From: Aerobium aerolatum
GTDB lineage: Bacteria; Pseudomonadota; Alphaproteobacteria; Rhizobiales; Rhizobiaceae
Assembly (NCBI GenBank): GCA_040391705.1
Contig: JBEBXE010000001.1
Coordinates: 239 to 64,238, forward strand
Reading direction: 5' to 3'
Length of the DNA: 64,000 nucleotides
The notes under the pieces were generated by a model. The model was not told the origin of the DNA. It did no database searches and worked only from the letters and a program-made list of their open reading frames with translations. A program made the position numbers and the translations under genes. Position 1 is the stretch's first letter; every line of letters begins with the position of its first letter. This document shows, one piece after another, positions 40,009 through 50,045 of this stretch.

Positions 40009-40076
40009 CCACCCGGTCGGCCAACCTCATTCCATCATTCTGCCGCGCGAGCGGTCTCATCCAGGAGGAAATCACA

Positions 40077-41702
40077 ATGAAGTTGACACACACTTCGCGC
40101 ATGTCGGGTCTGGGCAGCACCCGGTCCGTCATGCGCGGCGCGGGGCGGCTTCTCGCCGCCAGCGCGCTGGCGCTGATCGCGACCATGGCCCATGCCCAGG
40201 ACAAGACCGTCACTGCGGTCATGCATTCGGGGCTGCGCATGCTCGACCCGATCCTCAGCACCGCGCATATCACGCGCGATCACGGCTACATGGTCTATGA
40301 TCTGCTGGTCGCCGTCGATGCCGACGGGAAGGTTCAGCCGCAGATGGCGAGCTGGGAAATCTCCGACGACAAGCTGGTCTATACGTTCACGCTGCGCGAC
40401 GGCCTGGTGTTCCATGACGCAGCGCCGGTGACGGCAGAGGACGCGGTCGCCTCGCTCAAGCGCTGGGCTGCACGCGACGGCGCGGCCGCCTTCCTGATGG
40501 CCGTGACCGACAGCATCGCGGCATCCGACGACAAGACCGTCGTCTGGACGTTGAAGGAGCCGTTCCCCCTGCTTCTGGACGTGGTTGCCAAGCAGTCGTC
40601 GGTGCCGGCCTTCATCATGCCGGCGCGCGTTGCCGCCACCCCTGCCGACACCGCGATCACCGACTATGTCGGCTCGGGCCCGTTCGTCTTCGTCGAGAGC
40701 GAATTCCAGCCTGGCGTCAAGATCGTCTACGACCGTTTCGACGCCTACAAGCCACGCGAAGAGGCAGCGTCCGGCCTTGCCGGCGGTAAGGTCGTCGAGG
40801 TCGACCGGGTCGAGTGGGTGTCGATGCCTGACAGCCAGACCGCGATGAGCGCGCTCATGAACGGCGAAATCGACCTGATCGAGAACGCGCAGATCGACCT
40901 TCTGCCGATCCTCGAGACCAGCCCCGACGTCACCGTCGAAGTCCGCGATCCGCTCGGCTATCAGGGCTTCGCGCGGATGAACTTCAAGCATCCGCCGTTC
41001 AACGACGCCCGCATCCGCAAGGCTGCGATGATGGCGCTGGGCCAGGAGCAGGTCATGGCCACCATGATCGGCAACCCGGATTATTACTGGCTCTGCGGCG
41101 CGATCTTCGGCTGCGGCACCCCGCTCGGCGACGAGACCGGCGCTGACAGCCTGAAGGCTGGCGGCGACAAGGCCAAGGCGCGCCAGATGCTGGAAGAAGC
41201 CGGCTACGACAACACCCCCGTCGTCATCATGCAGGGCACCGATATCGGCGCGATGGGCTCCGTTCCTGTCGTCGTCGCGGCCGACCTGCGCGAGGCCGGC
41301 TTCAACGTCGATCTCCAGTCGATGGACTGGCAGACGCTGGTGTCGCGTCGCTCGAGCATGAACCCGCCGGCTGAAGGCGGCTGGAACATCTTCACCAGCT
41401 TTGCCAGCGGCGTCGAGGCCGATACGCCTCTGGTGCATCCGATCCTGCCGTCGACCGGCGATACCGGCTGGTTTGGCTGGGCGGAAGACCCGGAGCTGGA
41501 AGCGATGCGCGCCGCCTATCTCAAGGCCGGCAGCTTCGACGAACAGAAGGCCGTCGCCCACCAGATCCAGGCGCGCGTGCTCGACAACGTCATCTTCGTT
41601 CCGCTGGGCAACTATTCCTTCGTGCAGGCCCGCAGCAACAAGCTGACAGACATGCTGCCAACCGCGGTTCCGGTATTCTGGAACCTCAAGATCGCCGATT
41701 GA
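40077..41702 (+). CDS. ABC transporter substrate-binding protein, family 5
   Basis: AGGAGG RBS, signal peptide, YTFTLRDGLVFHD, GSGPF. True start at 40077. Confidence 0.92.
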   Translation: MKLTHTSRMSGLGSTRSVMRGAGRLLAASALALIATMAHAQDKTVTAVMHSGLRMLDPILSTAHITRDHGYMVYDLLVAVDADGKVQPQMASWEISDDKLVYTFTLRDGLVFHDAAPVTAEDAVASLKRWAARDGAAAFLMAVTDSIAASDDKTVVWTLKEPFPLLLDVVAKQSSVPAFIMPARVAATPADTAITDYVGSGPFVFVESEFQPGVKIVYDRFDAYKPREEAASGLAGGKVVEVDRVEWVSMPDSQTAMSALMNGEIDLIENAQIDLLPILETSPDVTVEVRDPLGYQGFARMNFKHPPFNDARIRKAAMMALGQEQVMATMIGNPDYYWLCGAIFGCGTPLGDETGADSLKAGGDKAKARQMLEEAGYDNTPVVIMQGTDIGAMGSVPVVVAADLREAGFNVDLQSMDWQTLVSRRSSMNPPAEGGWNIFTSFASGVEADTPLVHPILPSTGDTGWFGWAEDPELEAMRAAYLKAGSFDEQKAVAHQIQARVLDNVIFVPLGNYSFVQARSNKLTDMLPTAVPVFWNLKIAD

Positions 41703-41714
41703 TGCGATGATCGA

Positions 41715-41739
41715 CCCGGTCCGCACATCGCGGACCGGG
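41715..41739 (+). other. Stem-loop after the SBP gene (likely mRNA stabiliser)
   Basis: CCCGGTCCGC-ACATC-GCGGACCGGG, perfect 10-bp stem. Confidence 0.55.
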
Positions 41740-41765
41740 AATTTCCGTTCGAGAGACAGCGCGCC

Positions 41766-42707
41766 ATGCCCGGTTACATCATCAAACGTATCCTTGCGGT
41801 CATCCCGGTGATGGTGATCGTCGCGCTGATCGTCTTCCTGATCCTGCGCCTCACGCCCGGCGATCCCGCCGCGATCATCGCCGGCGATACCGCCACGCCA
41901 GACCAGATCGCCCAGCTTCGCCGCGCCATGGGGCTCGATGAGCCGATCTATATCCAGTTCGTGCAGTGGGTCGGGCAGTTGCTGCGCGGCGATCTCGGCA
42001 CCTCGCTGTTGTCGGGCACATCGGTCAACGCGCTGATCGCCGACCGCATCTGGCCGACGCTCAATATCGCCCTGCTGACCATCGTCATGTCGGTGCTGAT
42101 CGCGGTGCCGTTGGGCACGCTGGCAGCGTGGCGTCATGGCCGGCTCAGCGATCACATCGTCATGGCGATTTCCGTCGCCGGCTTTTCGGTTCCGGCCTTC
42201 GTTGTCGGCTATGTCCTGATCAAGATCTTTGCCGCCGACCTGCGCTGGCTGCCGGTGCAGGGCTACAAGGCGCCGACGCAGGATTTCCTCGGCTTCCTGC
42301 GCCATGCGATCCTGCCGGCGCTGACGCTGACGGCCGCCTATGTCGCGCTGACCGCGCGCATGACGCGGGCCAGCCTGCTCAACGTGCTGGGCGAAGACTA
42401 CATCCGCACCGCCCACGCCAAGGGTGTCGGCGAAACGAAGGTGTTGCTGCGACATGGGTTGCGCAATGCGGCCGTGCCGATCCTCACCGTCGTCGGCACC
42501 GGGTTCGCGATGCTGCTGTCGGGCGTCGTCGTGGTCGAAAGCGTCTTCAACATCCCCGGCATCGGCCGCCTGACGATCGACGCCGTGATGGCGCGCGACT
42601 ACCCGGTGATCCAGGGCATGATCCTGCTGACGAGCGGCATCTACGTCTTCGTCAATCTCATCATCGATCTCAGCTACAGCCTGTTTGACCCGAGGATCCG
42701 CTACTGA
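41766..42707 (+). CDS. ABC transporter permease (DppB-like)
   Basis: TPGDPA, GDLGTS, YIRTAHAKG, RDYPVIQG, DPRIRY. Confidence 0.93.
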   Translation: MPGYIIKRILAVIPVMVIVALIVFLILRLTPGDPAAIIAGDTATPDQIAQLRRAMGLDEPIYIQFVQWVGQLLRGDLGTSLLSGTSVNALIADRIWPTLNIALLTIVMSVLIAVPLGTLAAWRHGRLSDHIVMAISVAGFSVPAFVVGYVLIKIFAADLRWLPVQGYKAPTQDFLGFLRHAILPALTLTAAYVALTARMTRASLLNVLGEDYIRTAHAKGVGETKVLLRHGLRNAAVPILTVVGTGFAMLLSGVVVVESVFNIPGIGRLTIDAVMARDYPVIQGMILLTSGIYVFVNLIIDLSYSLFDPRIRY

Positions 42708-43591
42708 TGACGCAGACGTCCGGTTCCACGGCCCCTTCACCGGGCATCGCGCGCTTTCTTGGACTGCCGGCTGGCGCACGCCTCGGCATTGTCCCGGTCC
42801 TCGCCGCGATCCTGCTGGCCGTGATCGTGCTCGCCACGATCTTTGCGTCCCTGCTCGCGCCGCACGATCCGCTGGCGCTGTCGCCGCTGAACCGGCTGAA
42901 ACCGCCAAGCGCGGCGTTTCCGCTCGGCACCGACGCCTTCGGACGCGATCTGCTGTCGCGGGTACTCTATGGCGGCCAGATTTCGCTGATGATCGGGTTG
43001 GGCGCGGCGGCAATCAGCGTCTCCATCGGCCTCGCAATCGGGTTGGTCGCCGGCTTCTTCCGCTTTGCCGATATGGTCATCATGCGGGTCATGGACGCCT
43101 TCATGGCGATCCCGGCGGTGCTTCTGGCCGTGGCGCTGGTCGCCATTCACGGAGCCAGCGTGTTCTCTGTCATCGTCGCGATCACGTTCTCGGAAATCCC
43201 GCGTGTCGTGCGTCTGGTGCGCTCCATCGTGCTGTCGGCCCGCGAAGAGCCCTATGTCGAAGCGGCGATCGCGCTCGGCACGCGCATGCCGGTGATCCTG
43301 TGGCGGCATCTGATGCCGAACACGCTGGCGCCGCTCATCGTCCAGGCCACCTATATCTGCGCCTCGGCGATCCTCATCGAAGCGATCCTGTCGTTCCTTG
43401 GCCTTGGCATCGGCACCGAGACGCCGAGCTGGGGCAATATCATGGCGGAAGGGCGGACCTATTTCCTGCTCAAGCCGTCGCTGATCTTCTGGCCGGGCCT
43501 GCTGTTGTCGCTGTGCGTGCTGTCCATCAACATCCTTGGCGATACGGCGCGCGACCTGCTCGACCCGCGCATGCGCAAGCGGGAGGTCTGA
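42707..43591 (+). CDS. ABC transporter permease (DppC-like)
   Basis: LGTDAFGRDLLSRVLYG, PSWGNIM, LGDTARDLLDPR. Confidence 0.93.
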   Translation: MTQTSGSTAPSPGIARFLGLPAGARLGIVPVLAAILLAVIVLATIFASLLAPHDPLALSPLNRLKPPSAAFPLGTDAFGRDLLSRVLYGGQISLMIGLGAAAISVSIGLAIGLVAGFFRFADMVIMRVMDAFMAIPAVLLAVALVAIHGASVFSVIVAITFSEIPRVVRLVRSIVLSAREEPYVEAAIALGTRMPVILWRHLMPNTLAPLIVQATYICASAILIEAILSFLGLGIGTETPSWGNIMAEGRTYFLLKPSLIFWPGLLLSLCVLSINILGDTARDLLDPRMRKREV

Positions 43592-43593
43592 TC

Positions 43594-45273
43594 ATGTCCA
43601 TCCGGTTCAAGACCGCCAGTTTCGAGCAGGCACAGGACGTGCTCTGCATCGACAAGCTCTCCATCGAACTCAGCACCACCGAAGGGGCGCGCAACGTCCT
43701 CGACGAGGTCAGCTTGCAGATACGGCGCGGCGAGACCGCCTGCCTTGTCGGCGAGAGCGGCTCGGGCAAGTCGCTGACCTCGCTGGCCGTGATGGGGTTG
43801 CTGCCCGCCGGCGTGCTGAAGGTGACGTCCGGGTCGATCAGGCTCGGCGACACCGACCTTCTGACGCGCAGCAAGCGCGAACTCCAGGCCATGCGCGGCA
43901 GCCGCATGTCGATGATCTTTCAGGAGCCGATGACCGCGCTGAACCCGGTGATGCGCGTCGGCGACCAGATCCTCGAAGTGCTGAAATCCCATGGCGGGCT
44001 GTCGCGCGGCGACATGCGCCGCCGCGTCTTCGCTATCATGGAGCAGGTGCACCTGCCGGATGTCGAGCGCGTCTATCGTGCCTTTCCGCACCAGCTTTCG
44101 GGCGGCCAGCGCCAGCGCATCATGATCGCCATGGCGCTGATCCTCGAGCCGGCATTGCTGATCGCCGACGAGCCGACGACGGCGCTCGACGTGACGACGC
44201 AGAAGCAGATTCTGTCGCTGATTTCGGAGTTGCAGCGCCAGCACGGCACCGCAGTGCTGTTCATCACCCACGACATGGGCGTGGTGTCGGAAATCGCCGA
44301 TACGGTGCATGTGATGCGTCAGGGGCGGATTGTCGAAACCGCGCCGGCAGCGCAATTGTTTGAAAGCCCGCGTCACGACTATACCCAGGCGCTGCTGCGC
44401 GCAGTGCCGAGCCTTCAGCCGCGCGCGCCACGACCAGCCGAACCCCGCGCCCCGGTACTGGACGTCGCGTCGCTCGGCAAGACCTATTCGAGTGGCGGCT
44501 TCCTGCGCAAGCAGAGCGAAAAGCGTGCGGCCGATGCCGTGACGTTCCAGCTTCGGCCGGGGCGGACACTGGGCATCGTTGGCGAAAGCGGGTCAGGCAA
44601 GTCCACCGTCGCGCGCTGTGTCATGCGCCTGATCGACCCGTCCGACGGCAGCATCCGTCTTGGCGATACCGACATCACGCATTTGCCACCACGGCAGCTG
44701 CGCGCGCGGCGCGAAAAAATCCAGATCGTGTTTCAGGATCCGTACCGGTCGCTCAATCCGCGCCGCAAGATCAGCAGCAGCCTGATCGAAGGCCCGATGA
44801 ATTTCGGCATGTCGAAAGATCAGGCGCTGGCGAACGCAACGCGGTTGCTGGAGATCGTCGGTCTCTCCGCCGACGCCCTCGACTGCTACCCGCACCAGTT
44901 CTCCGGCGGCCAGCGTCAGCGCATCGCCATCGCCCGCGCGGTGGCGATGGAACCGGATGTCATCGTCGCCGACGAAGCGGTGTCGGCGCTCGACGTCTCG
45001 GTGCAGGATCAGGTGCTGAAACTGCTGGAAACCCTGCAACGCGATCTCGGCATCGCCATCCTTTTCATCACCCACGACCTGCGCGTCGCCGCGCAAATCT
45101 GCGACGACGTCATCGTCATGCAGCACGGCCGCGTGGTCGAGCACGGCACGGCGCAAGACGTGCTCGTCGCGCCCAGCCACGCTTACACGCGCGCGCTGAT
45201 CGAGGCTGCGCCGGGACGCGGATGGGATTTCGCCGCCTGTCGCGAAATCTCTTTGACGGGCGCACATGCCTGA
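43594..45273 (+). CDS. Peptide-type ABC ATP-binding protein (two fused domains)
   Basis: Two GESGSGKS motifs, LSGGQRQR and FSGGQRQR. GGGAGG RBS before ATG 43594. Confidence 0.93.
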   Translation: MSIRFKTASFEQAQDVLCIDKLSIELSTTEGARNVLDEVSLQIRRGETACLVGESGSGKSLTSLAVMGLLPAGVLKVTSGSIRLGDTDLLTRSKRELQAMRGSRMSMIFQEPMTALNPVMRVGDQILEVLKSHGGLSRGDMRRRVFAIMEQVHLPDVERVYRAFPHQLSGGQRQRIMIAMALILEPALLIADEPTTALDVTTQKQILSLISELQRQHGTAVLFITHDMGVVSEIADTVHVMRQGRIVETAPAAQLFESPRHDYTQALLRAVPSLQPRAPRPAEPRAPVLDVASLGKTYSSGGFLRKQSEKRAADAVTFQLRPGRTLGIVGESGSGKSTVARCVMRLIDPSDGSIRLGDTDITHLPPRQLRARREKIQIVFQDPYRSLNPRRKISSSLIEGPMNFGMSKDQALANATRLLEIVGLSADALDCYPHQFSGGQRQRIAIARAVAMEPDVIVADEAVSALDVSVQDQVLKLLETLQRDLGIAILFITHDLRVAAQICDDVIVMQHGRVVEHGTAQDVLVAPSHAYTRALIEAAPGRGWDFAACREISLTGAHA

Positions 45274-45303
45274 AACATCATTGCTGCCGAGGTTCCCGCT
45301 TTT

Positions 45304-46524
45304 ATGACTGATTGCATTGTTCTTGGCGCTGGCATGGTCGGTGTCGGCACGGCACTCGCCCTCCAGCAGATGGGGGCGAACGTCGTGATGGTCGACCGTC
45401 GCGCGCCGGGTGAGGAAACCAGCTACGGCAACGCCGGCATCATCCAGATCGAGGCGGTGGAGCCCTACCCCTTCCCGCACGAGGTCGGCGAAATTCTCTC
45501 GGCGGCGTTCGGCTTCAACAACAAGGTGCGCTGGCAGTCCGGTTCGCTGCATCGCTGGGCAATGCCGCTGCTGCGCTATTTCCTGAACTCGACCCCGGCC
45601 AATCATCGCCGGATTTCCGAGGTCTACAGCGTCATGATCCGCCGTGCCGGCGAAGATCACGGCCCGCTGATCGAGGCCGCCGGCGCAGGCAGCCTCGTTC
45701 GCCGCGACGGGTTTCGTCAGGCCCACCGCACGCAGCGCAGTTTCGACACCGCCGCGCGCGACGCCGAACGTCTCGACCGCCTGTTTGGCGTCCAGTCGCA
45801 GGCGCAGGGCAGCCGCGAGCTAGCAGCCGTCGAACCGAACCTCCGGATCCCGCTTTCAGGCGCGATCCACTGGACGGATTCGTGGAGTTGTTCCGATCCC
45901 GGTGGCCTCGTCGCCGCCTACGCCCGGCTGTTTGTCGCGCGCGGCGGCACCGTTGTCACCGCCGACGCCACGACGCTGCGGCGTGACGGCGCGGGCTGGC
46001 AGATCGACGGACCGGACGGCGTGATCGCGGCGCAGAACGCCGTCGTTGCCCTCGGCCCGTGGAGCGGCGAGCTGCTGCGCGGTCTCGGCTACAAGGTGCC
46101 GATCTTCTTCAAGCGCGGCTATCACCAGCATTTTGGCGGCAACGGCCCCGATCTGCCATTGATGGACGCGGATCGCGGCGTGGTGATCTCGCCGATGCAG
46201 TCCGGCTTGCGCCTGCTCACCGGCGCGGAACTGACATGGCTCGATTCCGCCACCACCACCCACCAGATCGGCAACGCCAGGCGGTCGGCTGCGGAGCTGT
46301 TCGACCTCGGCGCGCCGGTGGAAGCGCAAGCCTGGTTCGGCCATCGTCCGTGCATGCCGGGCATGCTGCCCGTGGTCGGGGCTGCCCCGCGCCACAAGGG
46401 TCTGTGGTTGAATTTCGGGCATGGCCATCAGGGCTTCACGCTCGGCCCGACCACCGGCCGCATGCTGGCCGGAGAGATGATCGGCAACGAAAAGCTGCCG
46501 CGCGCGCTTCAGCTGGCAGCCTGA
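45304..46524 (+). CDS. FAD-dependent D-amino acid dehydrogenase-like oxidoreductase (DadA family)
   Basis: VLGAGMVG, ETSYGNAG, KRGYH, WFGHRP, NFGHGHQGFTLGP. Confidence 0.88.
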   Translation: MTDCIVLGAGMVGVGTALALQQMGANVVMVDRRAPGEETSYGNAGIIQIEAVEPYPFPHEVGEILSAAFGFNNKVRWQSGSLHRWAMPLLRYFLNSTPANHRRISEVYSVMIRRAGEDHGPLIEAAGAGSLVRRDGFRQAHRTQRSFDTAARDAERLDRLFGVQSQAQGSRELAAVEPNLRIPLSGAIHWTDSWSCSDPGGLVAAYARLFVARGGTVVTADATTLRRDGAGWQIDGPDGVIAAQNAVVALGPWSGELLRGLGYKVPIFFKRGYHQHFGGNGPDLPLMDADRGVVISPMQSGLRLLTGAELTWLDSATTTHQIGNARRSAAELFDLGAPVEAQAWFGHRPCMPGMLPVVGAAPRHKGLWLNFGHGHQGFTLGPTTGRMLAGEMIGNEKLPRALQLAA

Positions 46525-46531
46525 CCAGGCC

Positions 46532-47344
46532 TCACCCGCCGGCGGGCGCGTCCTTGTCGCGGAAGAGATGGTGGTGGGCACGGTCGCCCATCGCCCACAC
46601 CGCAGCGCGCAGATAGCCCGACAACTCATCGGCCCCGCGCCGCAGCGTGTCGATCAGTTCGCCCTCGCGCGCGTCGAGATCGGCCTGCGGCAGGATGATG
46701 CTCAGCGTCGCCACGCATTGGTGGTTGCGATTCAGGATCGGCGTGCCCGCCGTGCCGACATAGCGTTCGATCAGGCCACGGGCGATAAAGTAGCCGTCGC
46801 GCCCCGCCGCGTCGATTTCCTCGCAGAACGTCTCGAACGGCAGCAGCTCCCCGGAGCCCAGCCTGAAATCTTCCTGCGGAATGTTGCGGCGGATCAGCTC
46901 GCGCGGCACGTTGACCAGCTGAAGCCGCGCCGAGCCGGTAATCGGAAACGGATAACGCGAGCCTTCCACCGTGCGCAGATAGTTGCGGCTGCGCCCGGTG
47001 GCGGAAATCAGCACCAGCTGCTGCCAGTTGTCGGCCACGTTGATTTCGGTGACGACACCGGTCTCCACCGCAACGCGCTGGACCACTTCGCGCGCAACCT
47101 GCTCGAAACGCGCATTGCGCGAATAGGCCAGGCCCAGCAGCCCGGCGCGATGGCCGAGCGTGATGCCGCCATCGTCGTGCATGGTCAGCCAGTCGCGGGT
47201 CACCAGCTGGTCGACAAGCGAGTAGATCGTCGAGCGCGGGCAATCGAGCGCATTCGCCAGCGCGTTGCGGCTGACGGGCTCGGTCTCACTCTCGAGATGC
47301 TCGAGAATGTCCAGGATTCTGTCGGTGCCCTTGGCTCGTTGCAC
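46532..47344 (-). CDS. IclR-family transcriptional regulator
   Basis: HTH LANALDCPRSTIYSLV; effector domain TGSAR...GTPI...LSII. GTG 47344 after GGGAGG. Confidence 0.85.
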   Translation of the reverse strand: MQRAKGTDRILDILEHLESETEPVSRNALANALDCPRSTIYSLVDQLVTRDWLTMHDDGGITLGHRAGLLGLAYSRNARFEQVAREVVQRVAVETGVVTEINVADNWQQLVLISATGRSRNYLRTVEGSRYPFPITGSARLQLVNVPRELIRRNIPQEDFRLGSGELLPFETFCEEIDAAGRDGYFIARGLIERYVGTAGTPILNRNHQCVATLSIILPQADLDAREGELIDTLRRGADELSGYLRAAVWAMGDRAHHHLFRDKDAPAGG

Positions 47345-47369
47345 GAAAATCCTCCCCTTTGTCAAAGGC

Positions 47370-48347
47370 TTACGCCGACGCGTGCTTTCCGGCAAGCGGC
47401 GCGGCACCCTCGCGCGTGTCCGGCTGTGCCGTCAACGCCTCCAGCCGCGCCAGCACGGCCGCCCTGTCGAGACGCCCCGCCTCGCTGATCAGCACGAGGC
47501 GGCTGCCCGCATCGTGCTGCCCCGTTGCCGGTTCAAGTGTCACCCGCTGCCCGACCATCTGCAACAGATAGCTTGTTTGCGGCTTGCCCTGAAAGCGCAA
47601 GATGCCCTTGGCCCGCACCAGCACAGCGGCGAAATCGGCGATCACCCGCTGCAGCCCGTTGAGGCTGATCGGGTCATCTGTCTGCCATTCCGTCGTCTCG
47701 AACCGATCCGAGCGCAGCGGCGTCACGGTTTCGGTCGCCGAGAACCGGGACAACGGAAGGCCGCTGCCAAAGAACAGATCGTCGGGAAGCCGTTCGCGAT
47801 CGATGTCGATGACCGGCGGCTTGCCGTGCGGTGACAACGAGGCCGAGAGCGCGCCAGCTTCCTGCGGCGACAAGTCCGCCGTCTTGGACAAAACGATGAA
47901 ACTTGCCGCATCAAGCTGCGCGCGCCAGAGCGCGTCGGCACGCCGTGCCGGCGTCGCGGTGACGTCCTGCGCGTCGACCACGCAGATCACCGCATCCAGC
48001 CGTGCGGCCTTCCACAGCACCGGGTCGCCGAGCGCCTGGATGATGCCGGACGGATCGGCCACGCCACTGGCCTCGACGACGATCTGGTCCGGTGCCGGAT
48101 CGTGCGCCAGAAGCAGCTTCAACGTGCGCAGCAGGTCGCCCTGCATCGTGCAGCAGATGCAGCCGTTCGACAGGCCGACGACGCTGTCGGCACTCGCCTG
48201 GATCAGCTCCTCGTCGATGTTGATCGAGCCGAAATCATTGACGACGGCCGCGATGCGGCGGCCGTTCGCCTGTGCGAGCATGGTGTTGATCAGTGTGGTC
48301 TTGCCGGCCCCGAGAAAACCCGTGAGGACAAGAACCGGCGTTGTCAT
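47370..48347 (-). CDS. CobW/COG0523 G3E GTPase metallochaperone
   Basis: LTGFLGAGKTT, VVNDFG, GCICC, EASG, SKT, RAKG. No His-rich insert. Confidence 0.92.
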   Translation of the reverse strand: MTTPVLVLTGFLGAGKTTLINTMLAQANGRRIAAVVNDFGSINIDEELIQASADSVVGLSNGCICCTMQGDLLRTLKLLLAHDPAPDQIVVEASGVADPSGIIQALGDPVLWKAARLDAVICVVDAQDVTATPARRADALWRAQLDAASFIVLSKTADLSPQEAGALSASLSPHGKPPVIDIDRERLPDDLFFGSGLPLSRFSATETVTPLRSDRFETTEWQTDDPISLNGLQRVIADFAAVLVRAKGILRFQGKPQTSYLLQMVGQRVTLEPATGQHDAGSRLVLISEAGRLDRAAVLARLEALTAQPDTREGAAPLAGKHASA

Positions 48348-49849
48348 CGCGGGTCGCTCCGGATCGGACGGCCAGGGCGCGCATCCAGCACCAGCGTGCC
48401 GTCGGCGATCACCGCTTCCCCGTTGACGAGGACGTGAACCATGCCCTCGGCGGCCAGATGCATCGCCTCGAAACTCGCCTTGTCCTGCACCCTGTCGAGA
48501 TCGAAGATGACGATGTCGGCATCGCAGCCGGCCTGAAGGCGACCCTTGCGGCGGAAAACCTCGCTGCAGCTTTCGACGATCTGCGCCGGGATCAGCGAGC
48601 ACTTGGCAATCGCCTCCACCAGCGGCACGGCCTTGCGCTCGCGCACCCACTGGGCAAGGAAGCGCGTATAGGTGCCGGAGGAACGCGGATGCGACGACTT
48701 GTCGGCGGCCAATGGCCACTCTTCGCCGGCATAAAGCGAGCCGTCGGGACTGCTCCACGGCAAGGCGTCGGACGCGATCGCGCCGCCGGGAAACATCACC
48801 GAGACGTCGAGAAGCTTCTGATCGTCCGGGTTGTCCTCGTCGAGATAGTGCCAGAGAACCAGCGCTTCCGGGGTTTCGGCGCGCGCGACCGCCAGCTCAT
48901 CGCGGGTTTCAAAACGCTTGCCGCTGGTGACGACCTCGATCGCGCCATAGCCGGTGCCGGTGCGCTCCGGGAAATCCATCTCCATGAAGAACCCGGCGCT
49001 CATCACCGTCGATCCGGTGCCGTACGGATAGGCTTCCGTGGTAATCGGCAACCCTTGGCTCTGCGCCTTGCGGATCAGTTCAGCGGCGTGTTCCACGTCC
49101 TGCAGGCTGGTGCTGTTCAGGTGGCAGATATGCATATGCGCGCCCGTCGCCCCCGCCAGGCCGATGAGGCGGACATAGGCCTCGATCGAGCTGCGTGGGT
49201 CGAGGTTCGACATATAGGGGATGTGGGTATAGGTCGGCGTCGCAAACTGCGCCGCAAGCTCGCACACCCGCGTCATCTCCTTGAGACCGGCACCGGACGC
49301 GTAGCCATGCGGAATGCCGATGCCGAGCGCGCCGTCCTCGAGCCCCTGTCGGGTCAGCGCCACGATCTCGGCCGTCTGCGCCGGGGTCGCGGTATCGACC
49401 GACCAGCGCATGTCATTGGACCCCGCACCCATCATCTCGATCGGGGCGAGCTTGCCGTCGAGTTGCATGCCGATCATCACGGCTTTGCGGGCAAACAGCC
49501 ACGCCGCCGCCGTGCCATAATTCAGGGTTCGGCCGGCTTCCTGCTGCCGCTCGTACCAGAGCCCAACCGGCATCGCGCCGACTTCGAGTTCGAGCGCTGT
49601 GGTGACACCGTCAAAGGCTTGCATGCGATCCGCCGGGATCGACTGGCCGTGGGCATGAAGATCGATGAAGCCGGGGGCGACAACAAGACCGGTGGCGTCG
49701 ATCTCCCGCGTACCGCGTTGCAACGCTGCGCCGACCGCGACAATCTTGTCCGCGACGATGGCAACGTCGGCGATGGCGTCATGCCCCGTTTCCGGGTCGA
49801 TGACCCGGCCGCCGCGAATGACAAGATCGAATGCTTCACTACCAACCAT
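48344..49849 (-). CDS. Amidohydrolase (N-acyl-D-amino-acid deacylase/dihydroorotase-like)
   Basis: GGRVIDP, PGFIDLHAH, HICHLNS, IASD, HPRSSGTY, KGRLQAGCDADIVIFD. AAGGGA RBS before ATG 49849. Confidence 0.88.
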   Translation of the reverse strand: MVGSEAFDLVIRGGRVIDPETGHDAIADVAIVADKIVAVGAALQRGTREIDATGLVVAPGFIDLHAHGQSIPADRMQAFDGVTTALELEVGAMPVGLWYERQQEAGRTLNYGTAAAWLFARKAVMIGMQLDGKLAPIEMMGAGSNDMRWSVDTATPAQTAEIVALTRQGLEDGALGIGIPHGYASGAGLKEMTRVCELAAQFATPTYTHIPYMSNLDPRSSIEAYVRLIGLAGATGAHMHICHLNSTSLQDVEHAAELIRKAQSQGLPITTEAYPYGTGSTVMSAGFFMEMDFPERTGTGYGAIEVVTSGKRFETRDELAVARAETPEALVLWHYLDEDNPDDQKLLDVSVMFPGGAIASDALPWSSPDGSLYAGEEWPLAADKSSHPRSSGTYTRFLAQWVRERKAVPLVEAIAKCSLIPAQIVESCSEVFRRKGRLQAGCDADIVIFDLDRVQDKASFEAMHLAAEGMVHVLVNGEAVIADGTLVLDARPGRPIRSDPR

Positions 49850-49853
49850 CTGG

Positions 49854-49873
49854 GTGTCCCTTATAAAAGGCAT
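49854..49873. promoter_or_regulatory. Second copy of the 38488-38507 operator core, overlapping the amidohydrolase RBS
   Basis: GTGTCCCTTATAAAAGGCAT vs ATGTCCTTTGTAAAAGACAT, 16/20 identical. Confidence 0.55.
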
Positions 49874-50045
49874 CAGCCGCTATCATGTATTTGTGAGCAC
49901 CATGACAGAATGTCCCGGCCGCTGTCCATCGGGTTTGTCGCTTTTCCGGTATGTGTAGGGACAGGGAGGCGGGCGGCACGCGCGAGCGGTCCGGAGCGGT
50001 GCGAACCGGACACGTCGCGACGGCGCTCGGCCCCGTTGACCGGAT

